Shown: one piece after another, positions 13,671 to 27,529 of the stretch
Position numbering within the stretch: position 1 is the first letter of the stretch
Layout of the letters: every line of letters starts with the position of its first letter
Assembly: GCA_951406725.2 (NCBI GenBank)
Contig: OX597834.1
Location: forward strand, 45,570,001-45,634,000
Reading direction: 5' to 3'
DNA: 64,000 nucleotides
Source of the DNA: Octopus vulgaris
Lineage: Eukaryota
Position numbers and translations under genes: made by a program
Notes under the pieces: model-generated
Databases searched by the model: none
Seen by the model: only the letters and a program-made list of their open reading frames with translations
Told to the model about the DNA's origin: nothing

Positions 13671-14132
13671 GATTTGGAATTTCATTTTAGGCGTTACTTT
13701 TTTCGGCATATCTGGCCACAGTAAATTTTTATTTCCAACTTTTTTTATATATATATATATATAATTGGCATCGTCGTATTTCTCTAGTGGAGATCTATCA
13801 GAAAAGTTGATTTTTAAATATAGTTTTCTTTTGAAATGTTAATAATAATATTTGGAGTCAAAGTCGATTTCAGGCGTTACTCTCCTGTTTTTGACCTCAC
13901 GTATTTGACTCAAACTTTTTTTTCGCCTGAACCAATTTAAAAGTTTTACAGCTGAAAACGTAGCTTAGGATGTGACCAATCTAAAAATGTAAACATCATC
14001 TAATTTTGTTAACAACTGAGTTAGTGACAAAGCCTAGAAGTGGTCGCGAGTGGGTAAATGTTGACTTTAAGAATATTATTCGCACTCTACCGTGTGTGAA
14101 AGATATTTATATATATATATATATATATATAT

Positions 14133-14438
14133 AACCTGAACTGATGGAAGGCAAAGTCGACCTCGGCAGAACTTGAACTCAGAAAGTAAGGACACACGAA
14201 ATACCTATTTCTTTACTACCCACAAGGAGCTAAACACAGAGAGGATAAACAAGGACAGACAAACGGATTATGTCGGTTATATCGACACCAGTGCGTAACT
14301 GGTACTTAATTTATCGACCGCGAAAGGATGAAAGGCAAAGTCGATCTCGGCGGAATTTGAACTCAGAACGTAAAGACACACGAAATGCCACTAACCATTC
14401 CACCCGGCTTGCTAATCTTTCCGCCAGCTCGCCGCCTT
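14133..14438 (-). mobile_element. Dimeric tRNA-derived SINE (family 2)
   Basis: Two copies of aaggcaaagtcgaYctcggcRgaaYttgaactcagaa; head gccagctcgccgcctt at the right end. Confidence 0.85.
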
Positions 14439-14519
14439 CATATATACATATATTGTTATATTCATGTGTACATATATTCTACACATATACCTATATGAGA
14501 TTGTACTTTTTGTTTGACC

Positions 14520-14700
14520 GCATCACCGCTTGACAACCGGTGTTGTTCTTTTTAAGTTCCCGTTACCTAAATGTCCACCAAATATTGTCCGACATAATAA
14601 GGACCGGTCTTTGAAAATTAAGTTCTAGGGTAAATTTCTTTGACTAAACCCCAAAAGTGTTGCAACATGATATCCACAGTCAAATGAATAAAACATTAAA
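14520..14700 (+). mobile_element. Decayed OR-like SINE 3' half
   Basis: ccgcttgacaaccggtgttg..tttgactaaac. Confidence 0.6.
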
Positions 14701-15168
14701 AAAATATATCATGAAATTTTATATAAAAACAGGGGATAAATAATATAAAGTGGCTAAAAAAAATGGGAAATATATATATAGAATTCGTGGCTGAATTAAG
14801 ATGGACAAAGGTCTCCTTGACCAATGCTAGCCTTATTCTTACAACAAAACCAACAACAACGATGATAAAAATATCAACAAGAATAATACTTATAACAATT
14901 TCTCCTGCAAGTTCTTCTACAACAATGGCGACGACGACAATGTATTTCGTTCTCAACGCAACCCATTTCCGCTTTTCCATATTGCTTACAATTATTCTCG
15001 CGGAAAATCCATGGAATCTGCATAATGCGATGCATGTCTTTTTCTATTCATTTATTTATATTTTGTCAAAGCACGTCTTCCCTTCAGCAGATTCCGTCTT
15101 CTTCGCTTCACATTACTTCAGCGTCGCACCTTGCATGCTTTCCGCTCTCTCTCTCTTTCACTCTCTCC

Positions 15169-15230
<62 letters not shown>

Positions 15231-15260
15231 CTCAATACATAGCAGAGTAAAATTAATTTA

Positions 15261-15467
<207 letters not shown>

Positions 15468-15594
15468 TCTTGTCGTTGCTTCTCTTACGATATATATCCG
15501 CTTCAGTATAAAGTGTACCGTGATTTATCCTCGTCACAAATAATTTTTCTGAATCACTCATCGCCAGCCTTCCTGAACTAAACACAGAATCACG

Positions 15595-15606
15595 CGCACA
15601 CACACG

Positions 15607-15701
<95 letters not shown>

Positions 15702-15770
15702 GCACACACACAGACACACAGACACATACACACACACAGACACACACGTACAAATGCACGCACACGCATG
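15595..15770. repeat. (CA)n microsatellite
   Basis: Direct inspection. Confidence 0.97.
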
Positions 15771-16130
15771 CACAAATTTACACATGCATATTCTCTTAAA
15801 TACCAGCACACACGCATAAAAAAAAAGTACACAACACCTCCCGTACTGTTCTGCATATTATATTGCCTTCTGCTTAAAACATGCCTTCAAATCTCAACAA
15901 CACACAGAAATCTACTCATTCCGCAATATGCATGGGAATCAACTAACAGCAGCGAAATCCCCACTGCACATGATGCTGCAAATTTCGTATTTGATGGAGA
16001 AAAAAGAAACATGAAAAAATTGCATTTATCGATTCTTAGATTCTTATCTGCAAAAACACGATATGTATGCATGTACATATATATCCGTTTATATTCACGT
16101 ATATATATATATATATAAATATATATATAT

Positions 16131-16540
16131 TCTTTTATTCTTTTATTCTGTTACTTGTTTCATTCATTTGACTGCGGCCATACTGGAGCACTGTTTTTAG
16201 TCGAAGAAATCGACCACAGGACTTTTTTTCAAGCCTTGTACTTATTCTATCGGTCTCTTTGCTGAACCCAACTTAATTAGTTCAACGATGGTGGGGGAGA
16301 AGACAAACACGACATATAAATACATACATACATATATATATATATAACCCTGAACCATGTGATAGGAAAGCAAGCTGGCTCCTTCCTAGTTTCCGTCAAC
16401 CAACTTCACCAACAAATCGGAACGGGGCTATAGTAAGCTGCTTTATATGAACACGTTCCCAAGTGCTGTGCAAGGGAATTGATCCTGCAAGAATGAGGTA
16501 GCGAACCGAGTTTTTTAACCAGGCAGCCATGCTTGCGCTC
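16131..16540 (-). mobile_element. Decayed OR-like CORE-SINE (tail and rearranged head pieces)
   Basis: cttgtttcattcatttgactgcggcc..ctggagca..tagtcga..gtacttattctatcggtctc; cagccatgc head remnant. Confidence 0.7.
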
Positions 16541-16865
16541 GATTGTTTCTTTATAATCGTTATAGTTTCATTTACTTTTGGAAAATTTTATATATTGTTT
16601 ATTATTTGAATTGCTTTTCGTTAAGCTTTCAGATGAGTGAGCATACCGCCAAGGGAATATAATTTATATTATCTTAATTGCACAAATTACATTTACTGCA
16701 GAGGTTGAGATGACGATTGTTCACGTGGAGAAATTATAAATCTATATCTATAACCATATGTTAATCTATTTATCTGCCTATCTCCCTCTATATATTTAAC
16801 TACATGTATCTACTCCTGCATGTATCATTTTATGCATCTATTTATCTATCTATCTATCTATCTTT

Positions 16866-16917
<52 letters not shown>

Positions 16918-18699
16918 GTAGCTATCTGTCTATTTATCTCTCTATCTATCTATTTATCTAAATATATATCTATCTGTTTAGCTATCCCTCAATACGTTGG
17001 TCTGTTATACATGCATACATATCCTCATATATACATAAATATATATATATATATGTATATATATACAAAAGAATACATAGACTGACCGCCAAAGACAGAG
17101 ACAGGCAGGCAGACAGACAGATAGATAGATAGGTAGATAGATAGATAGACAGACAATTATACACGTATATACCTATACATACACACACACATAAAGACAA
17201 AAATACACATGCGTACATACAATATATTACTAAATACACGCGTAATAATATGCATGACGCTGTAACGTTTCTAAGCTAAGTTATCAGTGTCCGTTAATGA
17301 AAAAAGAAACGAGAATTATGTCTAAGATACAATAAAAAAGTTTCTACTGCGAAATTCCCTTCTTTGCTGTAATATGTATTCCGTATGGAATTGATAGGAA
17401 ATTACGTTTTGTAGTTAAGAATGTCATAAAATAACTGAGACTATTAAAGGAGAGCGAATTGCCTGCAGGAATGCTCAGAGGATAAGAAAATAGGTCGCTG
17501 AGAAATACGTGCTTGGTTATGAGAGAGGAAGAGGCAGAGAGACAGAGAGGAAGTGAGAGAGAGAGAGAGAGCAATTGTAATACAGAGATAGCTGTTGGAT
17601 GTTATAGTTTTGAAGTCGAGCACAGGACAAAGTGAAAAAGCTTGGATATCGACAAAGAGCCCAGATATTACAAACGCACAGATACATCACGGGGTTCTGT
17701 GCCCTGATTTGCTTGGCGAGAAATGTCGTTAACACTGAACTCTTTCCTTTGCGTTGCAGACGAATTATATTTCGTCAGGTAGAGTTTGTGAAAAGCCAGA
17801 TAAAAGAGAGAGAAAGTAAGACAGAGAAAAGAAGAAAGACACAGAGAGACAGGAAGAGAGAGAGAAAACCAGAAAGCGGAAGTGAGGAAGAAACAGTTAA
17901 AGGGACAGAGACACATTTATCCTATGATATTCGTTCGAGAAGTACGCTTTAAGTGAATGTGTATACCTAGAATATCGGCTTATGTACACAGGTTTTCCTT
18001 CTAATTACAGTATATTTTAAGTGACTAGTCATACGTTACGAATCACTACTCAAAATGTACCACGCGTAATTTGAGTGAAGACTGCGTTGTTTCAAATGCT
18101 ACCGACATCAAATTTGCCTTTCATATATTTGGAAGAAAATAAAAATGTACCAAGGCAAGACACTAAAACAGAAACATATAAGTAAATGAACCAGATTCTT
18201 TATGACATTTGTTTCAGTATTTTGTTTTGGGTTCAAATACCACTACGGTCAATTTTTTTTTTGTACTTAATCCGATTTAGCCTCCCCTCTTGGAAGATCG
18301 CATACCGATAGTGTGGTGCACTATTACGTTTATTTATGCTGCCAGGTTACACTTTTGCGAATGTCCTACCTCACGCCATTCCCTTTACAGAAGTCCCTGT
18401 TCAGAACCACAGGCCTGGCTCTCCTTTATGAATAATGATTAAAAAGTGTACGTACGATCGTAATTAATTATTCACTTTCCGTGCACAAGGCAAGTTTGGG
18501 GAATTGAATAAAAGCCCAACATTTCGAACCCAGTAGATATTTCAGTCTGGAATTTCTTTATGAACCTCAGTCGGCCTACGAAGAAAGGAGGCGGGGACTA
18601 AGAAAAGGATAACGAAAAGGCAAAATCGTAGCGGTTAAGAAACCCGCTTTCCAACAACGTGGTTTCAGGTTCAGCCCCAATGTGCGGCGCCAAGGCGTT

Positions 18700-19200
18700 T
18701 AATCCAAGAAGTCTAGAAGACTGTTTCGTCACGGATCTTTGTATCAGATGCAGCTGTACAGATTCTGTTGGCTGGGTTATAAAGGGCTTTCATTTTAGGA
18801 TGATACGGATGGCAAGAATTGAATGGAAGATATTGTGTTGAGCCTGTAGGTTTATAGTAAATGTCCAACTCCAATTGGATGCTATCATTCTTCATAAGGA
18901 TGTCTAAAATTGGGACTGGTTTACAGTTATATTCCATGGTAAATTGAATATTGTCAATTTCAATACGAACTGGCTCAAATCGTTTTAGTTTCTATAGGAA
19001 TTCCTTCCTTAGAACGTAGCACTCGACGAAATAACTTCTCAAATGCTCTTGTATTTATATGTAGAGAAAGAGTTTTGCTAGTTCTCAGTTTTTTGTCTTT
19101 GTTTAATACGGAGTGATCTCTAGGTAACGAGATATTCTAATCTAGTTCGTACTCATCATAATTCCATATTTGTGTCGAAAAATCTCTCCTTTTCAGTGTA
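18700..19200 (-). mobile_element. Penelope-like element reverse-transcriptase fragment
   Basis: IQFTMEYNCKPVPILDILM..DIYYKPTGSTQYLPFNSCHPYHPK..NRIC (PLE RT C-terminal motif); upstream YGIMMST resembles GxAMGT. Confidence 0.85.
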
Positions 19201-19967
19201 AAATATTCATTCTCTAACTTTTTCCCCCGTTATAAAGTCTTTCTTTTAGTGACGCGGTTTTTCACTTGTATAATTATGTAACCAGAACTTAATGGCTTCT
19301 TATCCTAAATCGTAAAGGATGTTTTAATAGAAATTCACTGCAACGAAATATACTCTATAAGTTTTCTCTCATCCTTCCTGGAGAGATGTTTGAGCATATC
19401 TCAATCATTTATTATGATAATTAGTATGCGAATGAAAAATGGCTGAAGTAGCAAATCTAAAAATTACTCTCGTGATATGTTTCGTATGCCGAAGCAGCTA
19501 TGATAGGTCTTAATTTTAGATCATAAGGTGAGTGAAACTTAATCTATACGTCAGTGTCTCCTTACATGACTCGCTTCTTTTTTTCCGTTTTGTGAACTTC
19601 GGGTATGATATAGAAGAAGCTAGATTTCCATTTGAAATTGGTAATATAGTCGGGAAACCATTTTCGAACGAAAGGGGAAAACAAAGACAATCCCGGACAG
19701 TATCTGCCGTGTGTATTTCCATGCCTTTGATGCGAGAACAGAACACTGCGTGCTTTACTGCAATATAATTAATACTATAATCTTGAGACACAGTTGTATA
19801 TCTGTGTTTACGTGTTTATATATATATATATATATATAGGCATGTAAATATATAAATATATATATATACATACCTATATATGTGTATGTATATACATACA
19901 CATATACATATACATACACGTATATAGTTATGTATATATATATATGTATATGTATATATATCAATAT

Positions 19968-20033
<66 letters not shown>

Positions 20034-20261
20034 AGATACATGCATACTTAGTTATATACACACATGTGAACATATATAGAATTATAGAATATATGAATGG
20101 ATTATCAATGAGATGGCAGTCTCGATGCATTTTTATGTCACTAGATAAGAATGATAATTATAATCTTTACGTTCGCATCAAGATCACTCACGTCTATTTT
20201 ATGGGAATATATGCTGCCGTATAGCTCTGCTTATACATAATACATACACACATACATATGA

Positions 20262-20316
<55 letters not shown>

Positions 20317-20982
20317 TGGAGATATATATGTGTGTGTGTGTTGTATTAAAAATCCATATCTAACCTCATAAAACTGCCTGTATACAGCAGTGTTTGTATG
20401 AATAGGTAGGTAATATGATGTCAGCTGAAACTGCTCTGTGTAATGGTCGCCATTAGCTTCATTGCTAGAAGCTTTTCCGCTCTTTGAAGCACTTCCTTTT
20501 TCATCCTGTTACATGCATTGCTACCTGACCCTCGTAATGTTCTTGTTTATGTATAAGTTGCTAAACGTGCATACATGTGCGTGTAGGCGTATATCTACAT
20601 CGGAGTACATATACATACATGCGTTTGTGTTTGTTTGTATTTGCGTTTGTGTGTGTAGGTACACATATAGAAAATTCTGTGCTTATAAAAATGCCCATAT
20701 ATTTATAAACAGAGATTCAGTTAATCATACGTAAACGTCTATATATACGGATCATTATTTAGATGTATGTGACTACAAGTGCTTGAATGTGGACATAAAG
20801 ACGACGACACATATGGGTGTGTACAAGTATCTTTCTTTTAAATTTTTCTTGATTTCTTTTTAAAATTACATTTTAATTTCTATCTAAATTTGTACTTACA
20901 TCTGTTTTTACAAGCATAGACCTAGTTATAGCTATCTCTATAATCACATATACATACATGTATACATGTACATATATATACT

Positions 20983-21032
<50 letters not shown>

Positions 21033-21056
21033 CATACATATAAATATGTATATGTA

Positions 21057-21118
<62 letters not shown>

Positions 21119-21139
21119 TATGTGCAATATATATATATA

Positions 21140-22020
21140 TATTACGTTGGCAACTAAGTTCCCGCGGTTTTTTAAATTTAGATTTTAAAAGGTTTAATAA
21201 AAATAACAACTAAATAATCAATAATGTATTCACCCTTGTTGTTTACAACTTCTTCCCAACGTTCAACGAGATTTTCAATACCTCGTTGGTAGAAATCACC
21301 TGATTTCGACCAAAAAGTTGATCCAATCAAGCTCTCAATTCTGCATCAGTACTGAACCGAACTCCGCGCATAGCATTTGAAAGAGATCGAAAGAGGTGGA
21401 AATCAGTTGGTGCCAAATCAGGACAGTACGGTGGTTGTGGCAGCACTTCCCATCCATGGGTTTGAATGGCTTCCTTGGTCATATTGGTGATATGAGGGCG
21501 GACGTAGCTGTGCAGTAGAAGAACTCCATGCAGCCGATTAGGTCTTTTCTCTTGGTGTACAGGCACCATTTTTCGTCGCCAGTAACGATTCGGTAAAGAA
21601 ATCGTTGATTGTGTCCATGAGTTGAGCGGTGTCGAGCAATCAAACAAGCGGAGATTGTGGCTCGTTGATTTTTGTTGTGACTTAAAGCATGCTGAACCCA
21701 TGCTCCATGCTTCTGAACCTTTCTCATCGAGTGAAAATACTTCTCTACAGCAGTGTGAGAGCATTCCATTTCCTCTGCCAGTTCCCTTGTCGTTTGACGT
21801 GAATTTTCGTGCAACAGTTTCTTTAATCGCTCTTCATCGAACTCAACTAGACGGCCATAAAAAGCTGTGTTTTTTTAGGTCAAAAGATTTTTGAACTTGC
21901 ATGCCAATCACGAGCGCTTCTTTCAGCTATGGCACCCTCTCCATACGTAGCACAAATGTCGCGAGCAGCTTTTGCTGCCTTCGAACCTTGATTAAAAACA
22001 AAAAGAAGGAAGCGTCGAAA
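21140..22020 (-). mobile_element. Mariner (DD34D) transposase pseudogene, 5'-truncated and internally deleted
   Basis: FRRFLLFVFNQGSKAAKAARDICATYGEG, AWVQHAL, RIVTGDEKWCLY, GWEVLPQPPYCPDLAPTDFHLFRSL; TIR tattacgttggcaactaagttcccgcggtttt. Confidence 0.92.
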
Positions 22021-22029
22021 ATACCCGTG

Positions 22030-22511
22030 ATCTGATTGATGGGATATTCAAGGTATAGTCTACTTTGAACTTTTAAACCCAAACCAAGCGATAACAAAGG
22101 AGATGTGCTGCGAGCAGCTTGAGCGGCTTAAGTCAGCGCTAGAATGAGAACGACCATCTTTGGTTTCAAGACGAAAGGTGTTCTTCCATCAGGATAATCC
22201 TCTGCCACATACAGCAAGGATGACATTCCAAAGGTTAGATATTGCTCCCTCTAACTTTCACTTATTCCCCAGTCTTCAAAATCATTTGGACGTATAAAAT
22301 ATGAATTCTCTAGACGAGGTCAGAACAATAGATGAGGATAGTTTTATTTACTGACAAGTGAAATTCAGAAGACGAGCCTTGCAACTCTACCATTAAGATG
22401 GAAGAGAAAATGAATGAGAGTATATTTTAGGTTAAAAAACAAATCTGTTGATCTTAATTTGGAAAATAATAGAAGTATAAAAAACCGCATTATTAATGGA
22501 ATGATCCAATA
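22030..22511 (+). mobile_element. 3' half of a second, different mariner
   Basis: WDIQGIVYFELLNPNQAITKEMCCEQLERLKSAL, RKVFFHQDNPLPH, DIAPSNFHLFPSLQNHL; TIR aaaaccgcattattaatggaatgatccaata. Confidence 0.88.
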
Positions 22512-22583
22512 TATATATATATGTATGCATGTGTGTGTGTGTGCGTGTGTGTATACGTAATCTTAGAAATATGTACATAAATA

Positions 22584-22619
<36 letters not shown>

Positions 22620-23898
22620 CGTATACATAATCATATGAATATATACCTAAACACACATGAGCTTACGTCGACGCACTAATGTGCCGTTATTTGCATTTAT
22701 GAACCTGTGTAGAATTATGTATAAAACTTCACATATCTGTATGTATGCATGAGTGTATGTACGTACAAGAAAATGTACAATAAGGCAGTTATGTACAACT
22801 GTTGCCATGGGTTAAATCCGTATCTAAGGATTAATATCAAACATAAGATATCTGTGTTGAAGTGGATAGATTTATCGTTTATCTCCCATCAAAGGGAATA
22901 TTTAAAATACATCTGAAAAGAAAGCGCTGTGATATAAATGGTAGGGTGTAAAAAACAAACAAATGGCGCTTATTTGCATAGATGTACATAATATATTCCT
23001 TTGGGCTTGTGCGTTCATAGTTCTTTTGCACATTAACATATATCCAGTGACTTTGGAGGTGTAATAAAGAGATTGAAAGAGACAATGAGGGAGAGACTGA
23101 TTAAGAGAGAGGTTGATTGAACGGGAGAGACACGGAGAGAAATAGACAAAGAGAGAGGGAGAGAAAGAGACATAAAATGAGATGGAAGAAGGACGACGGA
23201 TTTTCGAGAATATATCCGTGGAATTAAGTATGTTTCAATATTCCACAAACACTTCTGCATGACTACCTGTATCTATATATGTGTGTATGTGTGTGTGTAT
23301 GTGTGTGTGTGTGTGTAAGTATATGTATATATATCTGTATATATATATATGTATATATGTATATATATATGCATAAATAATTGTATATATGTGCATGTTT
23401 GTCTATGTATTTTGTGTGTGTGTACATATACCTGAAAATAGGTATCGGTATGCTTGTTCGCGTATATTAACCCTTGTGTGAGGCTCTTTATTTTGTTCTT
23501 ATTCAAAGCTCATACATCCGTTCTTCACTTATGTTGGGAAAGCCTACTAATACACAGACTCGCTTTCATACACATGCACAACATCGGTACCCATTGTCAT
23601 AATAAAATTGGATATATTGTTATTACAAACACAATATACGCTAACATTATGTATACGTGCGTATATTGCAGTTTCTCAGTTAATGCATTGTATTATATGT
23701 GTATATATTGCTGTAACACACCTAATGTATACTGTCCTGCTGTAGTGTATAGATTATATATAGCTGTTATGCGACGGTACTTTAATAAAATAGTGTCGAC
23801 ACGGGACACAGTTGCGTCTCGACTTATCTTTAAGTATGAATTGCACATGGTGACACCTATGGGGAGTTTAGGAAGAGAGTAATAAAATAGCATCGAGA

Positions 23899-23926
23899 TA
23901 GTAGTACTAGTAATACTAGCAGTAGC

Positions 23927-23967
<41 letters not shown>

Positions 23968-23991
23968 AAGCAGTAATAGTAGTATTATTTA

Positions 23992-24027
<36 letters not shown>

Positions 24028-24130
24028 CAACAGCAGCAGCAGTAGCAGCAGTAATAGTAGTATTATTTATAGTAGTAGTAGTAGTAGCAGCAGTATTTGT
24101 AATAGTAGGAGGAGGAGGAAGAGGAGGAGG
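23899..24130. repeat. (TAG)n/(CAG)n/(GAG)n trinucleotide tract
   Basis: Direct inspection. Confidence 0.92.
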
Positions 24131-24229
24131 AAACGGGGTGAGGAAAAAGGTGGAGGAGGAAGAAGAGAGGAATTAAATGAATGAGAGCGAATAAGAGCAG
24201 AAAAATCGGAGAACTAAGCAGACATAAAA

Positions 24230-24269
<40 letters not shown>

Positions 24270-24474
24270 AAACGGAAAACTATATGAAAGGACGGGAGTA
24301 AAGCATGGAAAGAGAAACGAAAACACTGAAGGAATGTAAATAGGAACGAGAAAGAAGGAGTTAAAGAAAATGAAGGAAATTCGATTAAGAGAAAAAGTGT
24401 CGGAAGATCGAAGCGATACCTTATAAGGGGGAAAAAATTACATCACGATCAGTGAAGTATAGTAGCAAAAGGGT

Positions 24475-24522
<48 letters not shown>

Positions 24523-24721
24523 GGCGGGAGAGAGGGAGAGAGTAGCGTAATGACAGCCAGCTTCTCATTTAGTTCTAATCACCTTAATCTGATCCCCTTT
24601 AAATTTCAGTTGTATAATTTGCTTATCATATTCTGGGATATTTGGAGCTGTTGTAGACTCGTTGTAGAAAAGCATCATATTTGTACGTCTATCGTAATAA
24701 AAATAAGCCTTATCTCTAACA

Positions 24722-24794
<73 letters not shown>

Positions 24795-24854
24795 CCCATT
24801 AATCTCCTACTCTCTCACTACAAACATATATATATATGTATGCATGTATATATA

Positions 24855-25033
24855 ATTTTTTTCTCTCCTTGTTTCTCTCCTTGTTTCTTTTCTGTGTATC
24901 TTTCTGTCGAAGAGCGTAGGCTCGAAACGTAAAAGACTTGTTTTATTTGTATTCCTGAGCGCCATACTAATACATTGTTTGTTTGTACTCCACCTGCCTT
25001 CGTCTTTTGTTTATTTTCGTAAACCTTCCCGTT
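24855..25033 (+). mobile_element. Short Penelope-LTR-like repeat with minimal hammerhead-like motif, copy 2
   Basis: TCTTT-CTGTCGAA-GAGC-GTAG-GCTC-GAAACGTA-AAAGA at 24899-24936; 3' end abuts (TA)n; matches 534-747. Confidence 0.7.
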
Positions 25034-25366
25034 ATATATATATATACTTGTATATAATATGTACGTGTGGTCGCGTGCACGTGTGTGCGTGTGTGTAAAA
25101 AATTGCACCGTAGGAAGACAAAGAAACACAGAGTTAATACATGTTCCGCCCCCATCACTTATCGACCAAAAATCATCAGAATCTCGTCCCATTATCTATA
25201 AGAATGTTCATTCTGGTGGCGTGAACAGCAAGCACTGTTGGGGGTCACTGGACATCGGTGGTAGATTGCGAAGAAAATGCGTTAAGAAAAACCTCAACTA
25301 ATAAATGAACCATACATGCGTTTTTATTACTATGTTCTTCATCATCATCATCATCATTATTATTAA

Positions 25367-25410
<44 letters not shown>

Positions 25411-26715
25411 CTTCGCAACACAGTGTAGGTAAAATTGCTGCGGAGTCCTTCGTCATCTGTCAAGTCACAACAAGGACCTCAGACAGATAATACTTTCATT
25501 GAGATGTGTGCATGGCGTTTACAGTTGCTCTGATCACCATTGGTATCAGAAAAGGCTTGGAGGGGGGGACCAAGGGATCACTACTGAAACAGTCAGGTGT
25601 CAAGCTGCAAAAGTATGGGAGGAATGAGAAACCGGATGGTCATGTGGCACCGAAATGGAAGAAGGGAGAAGAAATCGGATAATGAAGAGCTGGGAGAAAG
25701 ACAAATGGTGGGGGAGAGGAAAAGCTCGTTAAGGAGGAAGAGGATGATAGGGAAAGAAGAAAGGATGTGAGTGGGGAAATTTAGGAGAAAATAGATGTGA
25801 AGAAAGAGGGAGTGTGGGAGAGAGGTGAGAGGAAAGGCGGTTAAGAATTGAGCGAAGTGGACGGAAGAAATGAAATCTAAGAAACGGGACAGAGAGATAG
25901 AACGAAATGTAAAGGAGGGATTGCGGAAAGAAACAAAGAGAATCACGCAGTACAAGAGAAGAGCAGAACAATGGAGAAATGGTAGAGTGAAAAGGGTATC
26001 CATCTTTCTTTGCGTCTATTTACCTTCATATTTGCGTGTGTCTGTGAAAGCAGTATTTGATGTCTGTTACAAAGTTAATTATCCTGTGAGAAATGAAATT
26101 GTTTTCCTTTACGTTTATAGTTACCGCTATCTGATACATACACGGCTCTCACAGATATCTGTGAAGTCTTTATTCTTTCATTTGAAATTATTTATATTGC
26201 TATTCATCACAGAGTCTCTGTGTCCCATGCCTTTGATAATGCTGTCTTTGTACTTCAGGATAATATCTTGTTTGGAATACGCATCTCCATAAATCATGAT
26301 AAAATTTCATTAAATTCACGCGCATTCAAACGATTTGCATGTTTTTCAGAAGGAGTCATGTGCTTGTGACTGGGAAGTTGGAAGTTCAAAATGGGTCCAG
26401 GGTTCAATGACTACCGAAATTTTCTATTGAATCGGACCATTATTTCATGTTTTAGAATCATTTTACACATTTCTCCTAAGAAGAGAATGTTTCTCTTATG
26501 GTCCAACCTCTTCAAGCCATTAACTAATTAGAGTTGCAGAAACAGAAGCGCTACGTTGGCAGGGGCGGAAGTGAACCAATCTTGCACTTCATGTGCTCTC
26601 CATATAAGTCTGAAGGACAGGCAGCAGGAGAGTACAAAAGGATGTTACATAAAAATGGGCTGGTGGGAGGATAATAGGACATGTATTCAGAAACACACAC
26701 ACACACACACACACA

Positions 26716-26758
<43 letters not shown>

Positions 26759-27119
26759 GCCTGTGTGTGTACGTGTGTGTGTGTACGTATATATATATAT
26801 ATATATATATACAAAAATATTTACATATATATATATATATATATATATATAACACACATGTATACACACAAACACACATATATATACCCGTATATATGCA
26901 TGCACATGTTAATATCTTTATTTGTTTCTACTGATGGATTACGGCCATACTGTGGCACTGTCTCGAAAATTTAATTTAGATATTTAGACTGCAGAAATTA
27001 TTTTCCGCCTTTGACTTTTAGTATCATAGTTACGGGTCTCTAGTAAAATCTATACCAACTGTGAAGCAATACTGTGATACACACACATACACACACGCAT
27101 ATATTTATATATTTATTTA

Positions 27120-27529
27120 TTGATTGCCCACAAGGGTTAAACATAGAAAGGAAAAACAGGGACAGACAAAGGGACTAAGTCGATTACATCGACCCCAGTG
27201 CGTAACTGGTGCTTATTTAATCGACCACGAAAGGGATGAATGTCGAAGTCGACCTCGGCGGAATTTGAACTCAGAACATAGCGGCAGACGAAATACCTAT
27301 TTCTTTTCTACCCACAAGGGACGAAACACAGAAGGGACAAACAAGGAAAGACAAACGTGTAAAGTCGATTATATCGACCCCAGTGCGTAACTGGTACTTA
27401 TTTAATCGACCCCGAAAGGATGAAAGGCAAAGTCGACCTCAGCGGAATTTGAACCCAGAGTGTAATGGCTGATGAAATACCGCTAAGCATTACGACCGGC
27501 GTGCTAACGTTTGTGCCAGCTCGCCGCTT
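27120..27529 (-). mobile_element. Dimeric tRNA-derived SINE (family 2), more complete copy
   Basis: Two tandem monomers of about 185 bp; junction acgaaatacc|tatttcttt is the same as in 14133-14438. Confidence 0.88.

Noticed and set aside
17760-17778. 19-nt plus-strand micro-exon (ttgcag|..cag|gtagag)
   Set aside because: Weak donor and non-triplet length; such pairs are expected by chance in 64 kb
25593-26003. 136-aa hydrophobic ORF
   Set aside because: Reverse complement of purine-rich (GA) low-complexity DNA
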